Positions 1 through 9,675 are shown, counted from the stretch's first letter. The stretch: 64,000 nt of DNA from a virus (IMGVR_UViG_3300020045_005677:32001-96000); one strand, 5' to 3'. Notes: a model not told the origin generated them from the sequence alone. Translations and numbers: made by a program.

Positions 1-198
1 AAAGAAGGTACTTATATTAAGATGTTTGATGGAGTAGAAGATAACGCAATCATTAATGAAATTGCTTCCATCTTAGAATTAGAAGATAGACCATTGATTA
101 AAGATGAATTGTATTCTGCATATGATGCAAGATATAAAGAACTCTATAAAATTGAAAAAGATAGAATAAGCAAAGTGGTAAACCAAAACCAAAATTAA
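1..198 (+). CDS. 3' end of hypothetical protein (truncated by window edge)
   Basis: Frame 1 is open from base 1 (KEGTYIKMFDG...) to TAA at 196-198, with phage-like codon usage. Not in the supplied ORF track. Confidence 0.6.
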   Translation, partial: KEGTYIKMFDGVEDNAIINEIASILELEDRPLIKDELYSAYDARYKELYKIEKDRISKVVNQNQN

Positions 199-209
199 AA
201 AGGTAAAGA

Positions 210-476
210 ATGATTAAAGCAATATTAACAACAATATTTGTATGTATGGCAATAAGTGGATGCGGGGAAAATGAGCCAAATGAACAAATGCTAAATAAAG
301 CAAGAGCTAATACAGCATGCAAAGATAAAGGTGGAGTGGCAAGTTACATTGCTCCTCCTAGTATGTTTGTATTAAAAGCTTCTTGTAAAAATGGTGAAGT
401 AGTAGACTATGCTAATATAACAGGTCCTGATGTAGTTGAAATATATAATAAATTAGAAAGTGAGAAATCAAGATGA
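210..476 (+). CDS. Small lipoprotein
   Basis: Signal peptide MIKAILTTIFVCM plus lipobox AISG-C; AGG RBS upstream. Confidence 0.7.
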   Translation: MIKAILTTIFVCMAISGCGENEPNEQMLNKARANTACKDKGGVASYIAPPSMFVLKASCKNGEVVDYANITGPDVVEIYNKLESEKSR

Positions 477-811
477 TAAAAGAAAAAGATTCTATAGCTA
501 CTAGAGGTATAATACCTCTGATTATCTTTGCATTAACTGGAGCAATTCTATATCTATTCTTAATTCTTGATATTATGGAAAAAGAAAAGAAAGAAGAAAT
601 ACATTCTATTGGAACTGCTACCAAAGAGACACCAGCTGCTGACTTAACAGTTAAACTTAATATAGATAATATAGATATTGAATGTAAAGACTTAGATAGT
701 AAATTAAGTAAGATATCTATAGATGAGACATCTATTATAGCTCACTGCTTAAATGGTAAAGAGATTGTCTATAGAGTAGAATATTTAGGTATCAATAAGG
801 ATACTAAATGA
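473..811 (+). CDS. Membrane-anchored hypothetical protein (one N-terminal TM helix)
   Basis: Hydrophobic segment IIPLIIFALTGAILYLFLIL; ATGA overlap with the upstream gene. Confidence 0.7.
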   Translation: MIKEKDSIATRGIIPLIIFALTGAILYLFLILDIMEKEKKEEIHSIGTATKETPAADLTVKLNIDNIDIECKDLDSKLSKISIDETSIIAHCLNGKEIVYRVEYLGINKDTK

Positions 812-1083
812 AAATACTTAGTAGTAATAAAGTAAGAGCTTTTCCTTTACATAAGATTCCTAAGCAGTGGTCAGGAAAAAGATTACCTCAGCATGGAGAC
901 TTTCTCTATATAGGTCATACTCTCAGTTCAGAAATGATTAACTTTACTATTGATGAAATAATCAAACATTGTGAAGATAATAACTTAGATATGCTATATT
1001 CTAAAGGATTCTTAGAATTTGAAACAGACATGACTAAGATATCTAAATTAGATAGAACATCTGCTCTCAAGAAGCAAGAATAA
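808..1083 (+). CDS. Hypothetical protein
   Basis: ORF with ATGA coupling; ends just before a palindromic terminator. Confidence 0.65.
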   Translation: MKILSSNKVRAFPLHKIPKQWSGKRLPQHGDFLYIGHTLSSEMINFTIDEIIKHCEDNNLDMLYSKGFLEFETDMTKISKLDRTSALKKQE

Positions 1084-1084
1084 A

Positions 1085-1121
1085 ATATATACTACATAGA
1101 ATTACTCTATGTAGTATATAT
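1085..1121. terminator. Bidirectional terminator hairpin (16-bp perfect stem)
   Basis: ATATATACTACATAGA-attac-TCTATGTAGTATATAT between convergent genes; near-identical to the 6690-6723 hairpin. Confidence 0.75.
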
Positions 1122-1135
1122 AATGTTTTTTATTT

Positions 1136-1525
1136 TTATATTATTCCATTTACACTAAATATTAAACTGGCCATAATTATAGCATAACTTAATATTCTAA
1201 TAGACTTAGCTATTAATACATAACCAGCACCTTCACTAGTCTCTCTAGCTTTGCTAGCTATTACATTCTCATCTTTAGCTATAGCATCAGTATAGATATC
1301 AGTAAAGGTCTCTATAAAAGATATAGCTAAAGCAGCTATAACAAAGATACTAATAATCAATACAGTCTGTACTCCAAATGGTAACTCTTCCATTACTTTA
1401 GTATCAGGGTCAGTTATTAAAAAATAACCAACAAACATTACTAGTGCTAATAAACCTACTAATACTTTTTTACTAAAGATAACTTTAATCATTTTAGTTA
1501 AAAATGATATTCCTTGTTTAAACAT
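1136..1525 (-). CDS. Three-TM membrane protein, putative holin
   Basis: Start reassigned to MFKQ (AGGA RBS). Three hydrophobic segments. Motifs TDPD..LPFG and A.E.S.GAG resemble a phage putative-holin family as I recall it. Confidence 0.4.
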   Translation of the reverse strand: MFKQGISFLTKMIKVIFSKKVLVGLLALVMFVGYFLITDPDTKVMEELPFGVQTVLIISIFVIAALAISFIETFTDIYTDAIAKDENVIASKARETSEGAGYVLIAKSIRILSYAIIMASLIFSVNGII

Positions 1526-2887
1526 ATACAATCCTTTAAGATAAAATAAAATCAATATATTTTTAGATTTTTATTTACTAACAAAATATCTTAAATTATT
1601 TTTCTTTTTCATAACGCAGAGCTATAATAGAAAAGAAAAACATTTTAAGATATAATACAATCTCTATTAATTTCTTTTTTTCTTTTAAATCTAAATTAAT
1701 TTTATTATTTAGTAATCTAATATTGTATTTGATAGAGGTTGTTGATTGTATTAATATTTTAATTAGTATTGGTATATAAATGTCCTACTAGCGATTCTTA
1801 TACTGCCTAAGACTAATAATAAAAAATTAGCTAACCAGAATAGCTGAAGGTAAATCAGAAATGATTTAGTGGACATGGTCTGGTGGGGATGGAAGAGAAG
1901 AGGCAGGTTAGCTTGAGCTGAGATTAAAACATTAAGAGGTTCTTAATGTGTGGGGCGTCAGCCCCACACTATTAATATATAAAAAAACTCATTCATTATA
2001 TAGTGTCAGATTTTTATTTTATTCTATTTTAACTAAATTTAATTAACTTTTAAATTTAAAATATTTCTTACTTCTTCTACCTCTTAAACTTTAAAACAAA
2101 TTCTTAACTCCTAAAACAAAAACAAATCTTTTTATTATTCTTAAAACTTAATTACTCTTACAAATCCTAACTTACAAAAATACTTAAAACTATAAACATA
2201 TTTTCTAATCTTAAAAAAATAATTAAATTTAAAACTCCTCTAGAATTAATTCCTAAAACATAAATATCATTTTCTAATTTACTAAACCTATAGACAAGAC
2301 TTATAAAATTCAGATTGACAAACTTAGTAAAAGATATATTTTAATTTAAAGCCTCTACAAGACAAAATTATAGTAGACCCTATAAATCTATATGTTTTTA
2401 AATAGATTAGCTCTTGTGGAGCAAATATGATAGCTCTATTCACGTTTTTAATTGTATATAAACTATCAATATTCAATAAGCGGTCGGCGCCGCTCTCTCT
2501 ACCTCTTCTTTTTGTAATTGCTCTTCGAGGATAGGTTAATCCCTTCGGGGATGAAAAATCTTTTCTTTTTTTAAATCTTCTATCCCAAAAATTTAAGAGA
2601 TTTTTTAATCTTAAAAATTAACTGTAAATTCTAAAAAGTGTTTTCTTTTCTACTTTAGCGATAGCGTTGTGAAAAAGAAAATATTTTTTAGAATCCCTAT
2701 TTATAGGGATAGTTATAAAAAAATTAAAAATTTTTTCTAATATAACTTATTTTAGATTTTTATTTAAAAAATTTATATTAAAATTTTTATAAATTTATAC
2801 TATTTTTCTTAAGATTTTCTATTAAAATCTAGTTAAAATCTAGTTTAATTTAAAAATCTAAAAAAGATTTTTTAAATTCTTTTTTTG

Positions 2888-2932
2888 TAGAATATACTAT
2901 ATACCTACGTAGTAGGTATATAGTATATTCTA
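2888..2932. repeat. 21-bp perfect inverted repeat with 3-nt loop, followed by a T-tract
   Basis: TAGAATATACTATATACCTAC-gta-GTAGGTATATAGTATATTCTA. Confidence 0.85.
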
Positions 2933-3417
2933 TTTTTTTTATATAATAGTATTAAATATATTTATATATTTAATACATCCAATTAACCAAATCTAAGAAT
3001 ATTAATATATTATAATAATAATATATATTTATATATATTATATCCTATAGTACACCACAGGACTAACTCTAGTTTTTTAAAGAATTATTTAAATCTCTGA
3101 ACTGAACTTGGAATACTGAATTTAGAATTTGGATTTAGCATCTAGTAAAATATTTTAAAACCAACTTAGCTAACTGGAATTTAATTTCTAGTTTTTAAAC
3201 TCTAAAATTTAGTTTTATTAATCCCAGAACTATTTCCTTTCTAAAACTAATAATTACCAACCATATGTTCTATAATTAATTTTAAGCTATCTAGAAGCAA
3301 AGATAATTGATTACTAGTATCTTTTATTTAAAATATCAACTTCATTCGTTCTAGGTACTTTAAAATTAATTTAAAAGCATATCAACTTTTAAAGATTTGT
3401 TTCAAAACCACTACAAA

Positions 3418-3427
3418 CACATATTAT
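3418..3427 (+). promoter_or_regulatory. Phage promoter motif CACATATTAT
   Basis: One of 7 intergenic copies; 43 nt upstream of an operon start. Confidence 0.65.
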
Positions 3428-3469
3428 AAAAGTAGAGGCTTTGGCCTAATTTAACAACAGGAATTAAAG

Positions 3470-4288
3470 ATGAGTACAGCAGTAGCAATGTCGTCAGAAG
3501 CGGCTAATAGTGGGCATGCAGTAGAGGTTAATAGAAATAGTTTAATCCAAGATTTTATTGGATTTACTTCAGTTATTAAAGACAAGAGTAGAATGGTTAA
3601 ATTAGTATTAATTACTTACTTTTTAAAGTGTTATTTCTTTTATAATAGTAACATATTTATTCCAAAAATAAGTATGAAAGATAGTCATAATGTTAAAAGA
3701 AAAAAGAACATTATCTTAACTCTTTTAAAAGAATTTACAAAGAGAAATAGAGATATTGTAGTAAGTGAATATTTAGAAAATAAGACTGTATTAAAAGCAG
3801 TAGATTCTAATCTTAGAGGACTAATAGATAATAGAAATATTATTAAAGATTTAATAGATATGGAATTAAGTTTTACAGATGGAATATTGATATCTAGTAA
3901 TAGTAAAATTCATATAGCTGTATCAGCTGATAGTACAGCTAGATTTATAGTAAAAGATAAGTATGGTATTTCTGATATATTTATTAGAGATTTTGAGATG
4001 GTAGACATAGCTTATAGAGGATTAAAGACTGAAGAGTTTGTAGTGCCTGCTGAGCTAAGAGGAGTGTCTTATCCTAATAAAGAAAATAATAGATTTAAAA
4101 TTTCTTACACATTAGGAATGGCAACACATACTGTAGATAAAAATGTAAATGTAAATGATGTATTATTATATAGATTTTATACACTAGCTAAAGAGATTAC
4201 TAAATATTGTAGTAGTAATACATCTGAAGCTTTTGATTGGGAATCTTTAATGCAGAGAGCAAGCAATAACATTATTGTAGTTAAATAG
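3470..4288 (+). CDS. Hypothetical protein
   Basis: 272-aa ORF with AGGA RBS; first gene after the promoter motif. Confidence 0.75.
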   Translation: MSTAVAMSSEAANSGHAVEVNRNSLIQDFIGFTSVIKDKSRMVKLVLITYFLKCYFFYNSNIFIPKISMKDSHNVKRKKNIILTLLKEFTKRNRDIVVSEYLENKTVLKAVDSNLRGLIDNRNIIKDLIDMELSFTDGILISSNSKIHIAVSADSTARFIVKDKYGISDIFIRDFEMVDIAYRGLKTEEFVVPAELRGVSYPNKENNRFKISYTLGMATHTVDKNVNVNDVLLYRFYTLAKEITKYCSSNTSEAFDWESLMQRASNNIIVVK

Positions 4289-4293
4289 AGAAT

Positions 4294-5028
4294 ATGATGC
4301 TTAAGAAAATAATCAAATATCTATTTTCATATTGGAAAGAAAAAGAAAAGACAATCTATCTAAAAACAAAAAAACAAGTAGATATAGAAACTTCCATATC
4401 TATAGAAGATTGTAGAGTATATGCAGATGGAAAATTAAAAGAAGAGTTACTTAGGTTATGTCCTCTATTAAGAATCAATAATGATATGGTTGATATGCTT
4501 TCTAAAATAGGAACATTATGTAAAAATTATGATGATGACGATTTTGATTCTTATACACGTCAAATCTCTTTCTCTGTAGAGAAAGTAGATTTGCTACTAG
4601 ATAGAGCAATTATTTTAATATTATTAAATAGTAAAGGTGTAGTGCATTTTATTAAAATAGATACAGAAGAAAAATACTTAACAATATCTGGTATTTATAT
4701 TCTTGGTAAATGTAAAATATTAGATTTAAATAATGTATTAAAAGATGAAAATCCATCTAGTGTAGCATCTATTAAAAATCATAGATATCTTAAAGTGGAA
4801 AGCAGACCTATTGCATTTACTGTTACTACTAGAAATATAGAAAAAAACAATATATACCAGAAGAAAATATGGGATAGCTACTTAACTGCTGATTATGAAA
4901 TATCAACAGAGTTTACCACAATTAGTATAGTTAATAATAAGCTAGTAATTATAGATTACAGAAAACAATTCGAGAATGCTTCTAAACCATTAACTGGTGA
5001 TAGAACCTTTGATTGCTATTTAAAATAA
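4294..5028 (+). CDS. Hypothetical protein (paralogue of 5049-5693)
   Basis: Shares I.....S.G.V.FI.I...I..+..LGK..I with the next ORF. Confidence 0.75.
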   Translation: MMLKKIIKYLFSYWKEKEKTIYLKTKKQVDIETSISIEDCRVYADGKLKEELLRLCPLLRINNDMVDMLSKIGTLCKNYDDDDFDSYTRQISFSVEKVDLLLDRAIILILLNSKGVVHFIKIDTEEKYLTISGIYILGKCKILDLNNVLKDENPSSVASIKNHRYLKVESRPIAFTVTTRNIEKNNIYQKKIWDSYLTADYEISTEFTTISIVNNKLVIIDYRKQFENASKPLTGDRTFDCYLK

Positions 5029-5048
5029 AAAACAAGGGAGTAAGAATT

Positions 5049-5693
5049 ATGAGTTGGATTAAAGAGTTATTGGCCTATTTGGTTGCATTGTTTAGTATTG
5101 GTTTCTTTGGAAAAAAGATTAATGAAGATGAGCTATTTGTAATAGATGGCAAAACAGAAGGTGTAGACCATGATTTGGGATATCTGCTACAAGTAATGTC
5201 TGGTTTTAAAGGAATACAAGCTAATAGAAAAATATTAGAAGCTTTAATAAAGATTGATGGTGTTGCTGACGATAAAGAAAATTATAATCTAATAATAAAT
5301 CGTATTTTCATTGGTAATATAATATTTATAACGTTTATATCTCCAAGTGGATTTGTATATTTTATTAGAATATTAAATAGTGACATAGCAACTAGTTCTG
5401 GATATGAAATTACAGATGTGTTATGCTTAGGTAAATCTAGAATTTACAATACTAACAATATTGAAGGTATATATACTAGAAATATGGCAAGAATTGTAAA
5501 AGAAGAAGATATTACTAACGAAAACTTTCAGATGGTAGTAAATGTACAAGAAAATACATTTGTATTGTCTATATCTAACATTAAGCAATTTGCTAAATAT
5601 AGACAAAGAAACACTGACCATTTTACAATTGGATTTGGTAAAGGTGATTTAGTATTTTTAGATAAAAAATCTAATACTAAAAAATTAAAATAA
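5049..5693 (+). CDS. Hypothetical protein (paralogue of 4294-5028), hydrophobic N-terminus
   Basis: Start reassigned to MSWIKE (GGGAG RBS); shared motif with the upstream ORF. Confidence 0.75.
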   Translation: MSWIKELLAYLVALFSIGFFGKKINEDELFVIDGKTEGVDHDLGYLLQVMSGFKGIQANRKILEALIKIDGVADDKENYNLIINRIFIGNIIFITFISPSGFVYFIRILNSDIATSSGYEITDVLCLGKSRIYNTNNIEGIYTRNMARIVKEEDITNENFQMVVNVQENTFVLSISNIKQFAKYRQRNTDHFTIGFGKGDLVFLDKKSNTKKLK

Positions 5694-5785
5694 AATTAAG
5701 TATTAATTAGGAGAGTAATCTCCTAGTCAGTAATGTTTGGCTATAAATAAAATTTAAAAATTAAACAAAAGAGAGAAATAGTAAA

Positions 5786-6115
5786 ATGAATATTTTAATA
5801 GAAGTAAATAAAGTTATTCCAAAAAGATTTGTGTATGAAGCTCCAAATACAACATCAGCTTTAGAATATAATAAAAAGATAAGTATAGACTTAGTATTGT
5901 ACAACATATTGTCAGCTTTAAAAGTGGATACTGATAATCCAGATAGAGCTGAATCTAGTCTTAAGTTAGATTATAAAAGATTTTCTAGTTTGCTACCTGC
6001 GCTAAATGGACATTTAAAAGAGTTAAAAATTGCTATTACTACTAGCTCTGTAGTATCTGATGATGCTATGGCTTATGAAGATGCAATGATTCCTTTTGTT
6101 TTAGTTAAGTTGTAA
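5786..6115 (+). CDS. Hypothetical protein
   Basis: ORF with GAGAG RBS. Confidence 0.7.
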   Translation: MNILIEVNKVIPKRFVYEAPNTTSALEYNKKISIDLVLYNILSALKVDTDNPDRAESSLKLDYKRFSSLLPALNGHLKELKIAITTSSVVSDDAMAYEDAMIPFVLVKL

Positions 6116-6124
6116 GGAATATAA

Positions 6125-6685
6125 ATGTTTAAAAAAGATAAATGCTTAATAGATTTATACTTTAAATTAAAGACAGAAGAGTTAAAGCTTACTGAAGTTA
6201 GAATGGCTACTATGTTTCCTTATTTTAGAGAGAATACAGATATAGAATCTATAGTGGACTATATAGAATCCTATACTAATGGATTATCTCATATAGAGAT
6301 ATCTAGAGTAGCTACCAACACTGCAAAAGCCAACAAGTTAAAGAAGTTAATAGTATCAGACTTAATCAAGGCTCTAGAGCTAATTAATAAATTAAAGCAT
6401 GATTACAAAGGAATAAGTTTATTAGCTAGCTATGGACTTACTAAAAAGTTTAGATATTTAAAACAATCAGTAACTATTACTTTTCAAGAGAGTAACAAAT
6501 CTTTAATTTATTCCCTGTCTGAGAAAAACAAGAAGCATATCATGATGACTTTTGATACTCCTAAAGAAATGGAAAAAGAGTTATTGGTAAGCAACTTTAA
6601 TAGAATCTTAGAATTTGATTTTAAAGAGATTGTTAAAATTATAGAAGAAAGAAAAGCTGAAGTTAAAAGAAGTTTAGAGAGCTAA
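6125..6685 (+). CDS. Hypothetical protein
   Basis: ORF with AAGGA RBS. Confidence 0.7.
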   Translation: MFKKDKCLIDLYFKLKTEELKLTEVRMATMFPYFRENTDIESIVDYIESYTNGLSHIEISRVATNTAKANKLKKLIVSDLIKALELINKLKHDYKGISLLASYGLTKKFRYLKQSVTITFQESNKSLIYSLSEKNKKHIMMTFDTPKEMEKELLVSNFNRILEFDFKEIVKIIEERKAEVKRSLES

Positions 6686-6689
6686 ATTA

Positions 6690-6723
6690 ATATACTACAT
6701 AGAGATTGCTCTATGTAGTATAT
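6690..6723. terminator. Bidirectional terminator hairpin (15-bp stem)
   Basis: ATATACTACATAGAG-attg-CTCTATGTAGTATAT plus T-tract, between convergent genes. Confidence 0.8.
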
Positions 6724-6739
6724 ATTCTTTTTTTTTATT

Positions 6740-8875
6740 TTACCAATTCAGTAAATTCTTTTTAAACTTAATAGGATTTAAATATATATTTCCTAATGCC
6801 TTATATCCTTCTGCTCCAGCTACCATTTCATATACTTCATTCTCCATTTTAATAAACATACCTGTAGACATAGATTCCATACCTTCTAACACATCTATTA
6901 CTAATCCTTTATCAAAGTCTAATCCCTTAATACTATTTCCAGTAATCTCTTCGATAGCAGCTTTAGCCCATTTTAATATATCAATATTTCTACTGTTAAT
7001 ATTATACTCTTCACCAGTATCTAATTTTGTATATATAGCTACTACATCTTTAGTTTGTCCCATTCTGTGTACCCTAGCTAATGCTTGGTCTAATAGATAA
7101 GTTCTAAATGGTAAATCCATTAATAATACTAAGTCAGCTACTACTAAGTGATGTCCTGTAGATATAGATTTAAATGTACCTACCAATGGGTCTACATCTT
7201 TATCATCTACAAAGCTATTAATTAATCTAGTACCTTCCTTAGTGTTATCTCCAAATACTCCTACTGGATTAAATCCTTGTTTTTTACATCTATCTAATAC
7301 AGTCTCAGCTATCTTTATATAACTTGTCATTACTATAGATTTAGCAGCAGTACTATTTAAGATACTATAATCAAAATGACTAGCCATATCATTGTGACAA
7401 TCTATTCTAGCTCCCAATACAATTCTACCTAATGCTTCACCTCTAATTTTTAACATAGGGTATTTTAATATTACACTAGCTTCTTTAAACTTATCTTTTT
7501 CTTCACCTTTTAATACAGGTAATATTATTATTCTTTCAAAATCATTTACGGCTTTAATTACATCAGTATGAAACATTAATTGTCTCTTCTCGTAATACTC
7601 ACCTACTAATTTAAAATTGTTTTCATATTCCATCCAAGCACTAACTGGTAGAGCACTAGATTTTCTAGCTTTATCTACTAGTATATTATAAGTATTAATA
7701 TAGAAATCTACATTGTCAGCTAACTCTTTACTTCTTCTGTCTATATAGACTATCATCTTTTCTTTAATAGATTTTAAAGTATACTCTTCTCCATTAGGTA
7801 GTTTAATCTCTATAGTCTTAAAGTCTATAGGTTTTAATTCCAAAACAGCTTTTTCTATCTTTACAGATATTTGTCCATATCTAATTGGTATACATTGTTT
7901 TAATATATAATTAGGAGAAGAATATAATTTCTTAAATCTAGCTTCTACTACTTTATTAAACTTAGGGTCTATTATTTCTAAATAAGGAATAATCTCTAAT
8001 GCACTAGCTTTAATAGGAGTACCAGATAACAATACAGCATTCTTAGTTTTACTAATATTTACTAATTTTAATAGGTTCTCTCTTCTGCTACTAGATAAAG
8101 AAGTAAAGTTATGAACTTCATCTACTATTAATACAATATTGCTTCTACTGTATTTTCCAATAAAGTCATTTAGTTTATCAATAGCTTCATAATTGAATAG
8201 CATAAACTTTTGTCCATCATATTGCTTTCCACTATAGTAATCACTAGCTGTATATACATTTTCTCTTTTATTTTTAACTCTATAGAAATTATCTTCATCA
8301 TTTACTATAGTTTTTAACCAAGTAGTCTCTAGGTTAGCATTCATAGCTATAATTAAAATAATATCAGCATCACATCCTTCAGCTATACTTAATCCCATAT
8401 AAGTTTTACCAGTACCAGTAGCTGCATCTGTTAATAAACCTCTATAGTCTAAATCGTTCTTAACTCTTTCATAGGTGTCGTAAAAGATTTCTTGAAAATC
8501 TCTAGGAGGAGTAGCAAATACTTTATTTATTCTTTCTCTGTTTAGAACAAACTTAACTTCTCCTGCTATAGAGTTATTTGGACTTAACCAAGTTTTAGTC
8601 TGTATGATATCTAGGAGCTCTTGTAGAGCCTTAACATTTACCCAGCTAGTAAATCCATATGTTCCAGTTGTTATTCGTTCTAGTATCTCCCTAAGCTCTA
8701 ATAGAAAGAAAGAATCTATTACTATTTCTTTAAAAGATAATTCTCTAAATAGTAAATTAGCTTTCTTGTCTCCCAATACGGTATTTCTAATAAATCCTCT
8801 GAAATTTACTCCGAACATACCTCTAAAAGTATATATTTCTCTAGCAGCATCATATTCCATAGTAGTGCCAAACAT
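6740..8875 (-). CDS. Superfamily 2 (SNF2/DEAD-like) helicase
   Basis: Motif I AATGTGKT, motif II DEVH, motif III SGT, motif VI QALARVHRMGQ. Confidence 0.9.
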   Translation of the reverse strand: MFGTTMEYDAAREIYTFRGMFGVNFRGFIRNTVLGDKKANLLFRELSFKEIVIDSFFLLELREILERITTGTYGFTSWVNVKALQELLDIIQTKTWLSPNNSIAGEVKFVLNRERINKVFATPPRDFQEIFYDTYERVKNDLDYRGLLTDAATGTGKTYMGLSIAEGCDADIILIIAMNANLETTWLKTIVNDEDNFYRVKNKRENVYTASDYYSGKQYDGQKFMLFNYEAIDKLNDFIGKYSRSNIVLIVDEVHNFTSLSSSRRENLLKLVNISKTKNAVLLSGTPIKASALEIIPYLEIIDPKFNKVVEARFKKLYSSPNYILKQCIPIRYGQISVKIEKAVLELKPIDFKTIEIKLPNGEEYTLKSIKEKMIVYIDRRSKELADNVDFYINTYNILVDKARKSSALPVSAWMEYENNFKLVGEYYEKRQLMFHTDVIKAVNDFERIIILPVLKGEEKDKFKEASVILKYPMLKIRGEALGRIVLGARIDCHNDMASHFDYSILNSTAAKSIVMTSYIKIAETVLDRCKKQGFNPVGVFGDNTKEGTRLINSFVDDKDVDPLVGTFKSISTGHHLVVADLVLLMDLPFRTYLLDQALARVHRMGQTKDVVAIYTKLDTGEEYNINSRNIDILKWAKAAIEEITGNSIKGLDFDKGLVIDVLEGMESMSTGMFIKMENEVYEMVAGAEGYKALGNIYLNPIKFKKNLLNW

Positions 8876-8898
8876 AATCTTATTCCTTATAATTTATT

Positions 8899-9675
8899 TT
8901 AATACATTAAGTTTCCAACACCAGCTTTAATTCTAGTATTTCTAAATCTTTGGTCTGCCATATTTATAATAGCAATCATCTTTTTTCTTTTTTCTTTATA
9001 GAGTTCATCTCTATCTGAATATTCATCTACTATTTCTTTTAAGATAGATAATTCTACTCCACCTTTTAATACATTACTATTTATCTCTATTCTCTTTTTT
9101 TTATATATCCACTTCTCTACAGCTATTAAACATAACTCTGCAAATGGAATATGAGTCTGAGTAGGTAGATTATTCATATTTGGATTATTCTGTACTCTTA
9201 AGTTAATAATAGAGTATGGGTCGAAGTATTCAATATTCTCTATTTTAATTAAGTTTTCAGATATTACTTCTAATTTTACATTGGAGTACATATCTAAATC
9301 AGCATGGGTTCTAAATAGCTTTTCTACTGCTCCTTGAAATCCACCTTGTACTGTATTCATATATGTATTATAAGGAGCAGTTACAATTGAATCTACAGAT
9401 AGTATAGGAGAATTATTTAAATACTTTTTAGGTATTTCTAATAGCATTATTCCTTCAGCTGAATATTTAACATTAGCAGCACTAATAGGTACTTTCTTTT
9501 CTACACCCTCTAGCATATTTAATTCAGCTACTACTATATTTCTAATTATCTTATTTTCTATAATACTAGGTATAGATACTAAATTAGCTCCATACTTGGG
9601 AGTAAAACAAAAAGTTAATAATTTATCTTCCATTTCATCCATTATATACTTTTTAGCATATTCTATAGCATTCAT
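8899..9675 (-). CDS. Conserved phiKZ-like hypothetical/virion protein
   Basis: 258-aa ORF co-oriented with the helicase; resemblance to jumbo-phage virion proteins is from recall only. Confidence 0.5.
   Translation of the reverse strand: MNAIEYAKKYIMDEMEDKLLTFCFTPKYGANLVSIPSIIENKIIRNIVVAELNMLEGVEKKVPISAANVKYSAEGIMLLEIPKKYLNNSPILSVDSIVTAPYNTYMNTVQGGFQGAVEKLFRTHADLDMYSNVKLEVISENLIKIENIEYFDPYSIINLRVQNNPNMNNLPTQTHIPFAELCLIAVEKWIYKKKRIEINSNVLKGGVELSILKEIVDEYSDRDELYKEKRKKMIAIINMADQRFRNTRIKAGVGNLMY

Larger units (their letters stand above)
1556..3469. other. 1.9-kb gene-free region rich in inverted repeats (candidate origin and/or structured RNA locus)
   Basis: No ORF in the supplied track; lies between divergent genes; many hairpins, including two C(UUCG)G loops. 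Confidence 0.6.

Noticed and set aside
2348-3442. 11-nt inverted match AAAGCCTCTAC / GTAGAGGCTTT 1.1 kb apart
   Set aside because: A single short match at this distance is within chance expectation.
1556-3469. CRISPR array or tRNA cluster in the long non-coding region
   Set aside because: No regularly spaced direct repeats and no cloverleaf/TTCGA-CCA pattern; repeats are inverted and heterogeneous.
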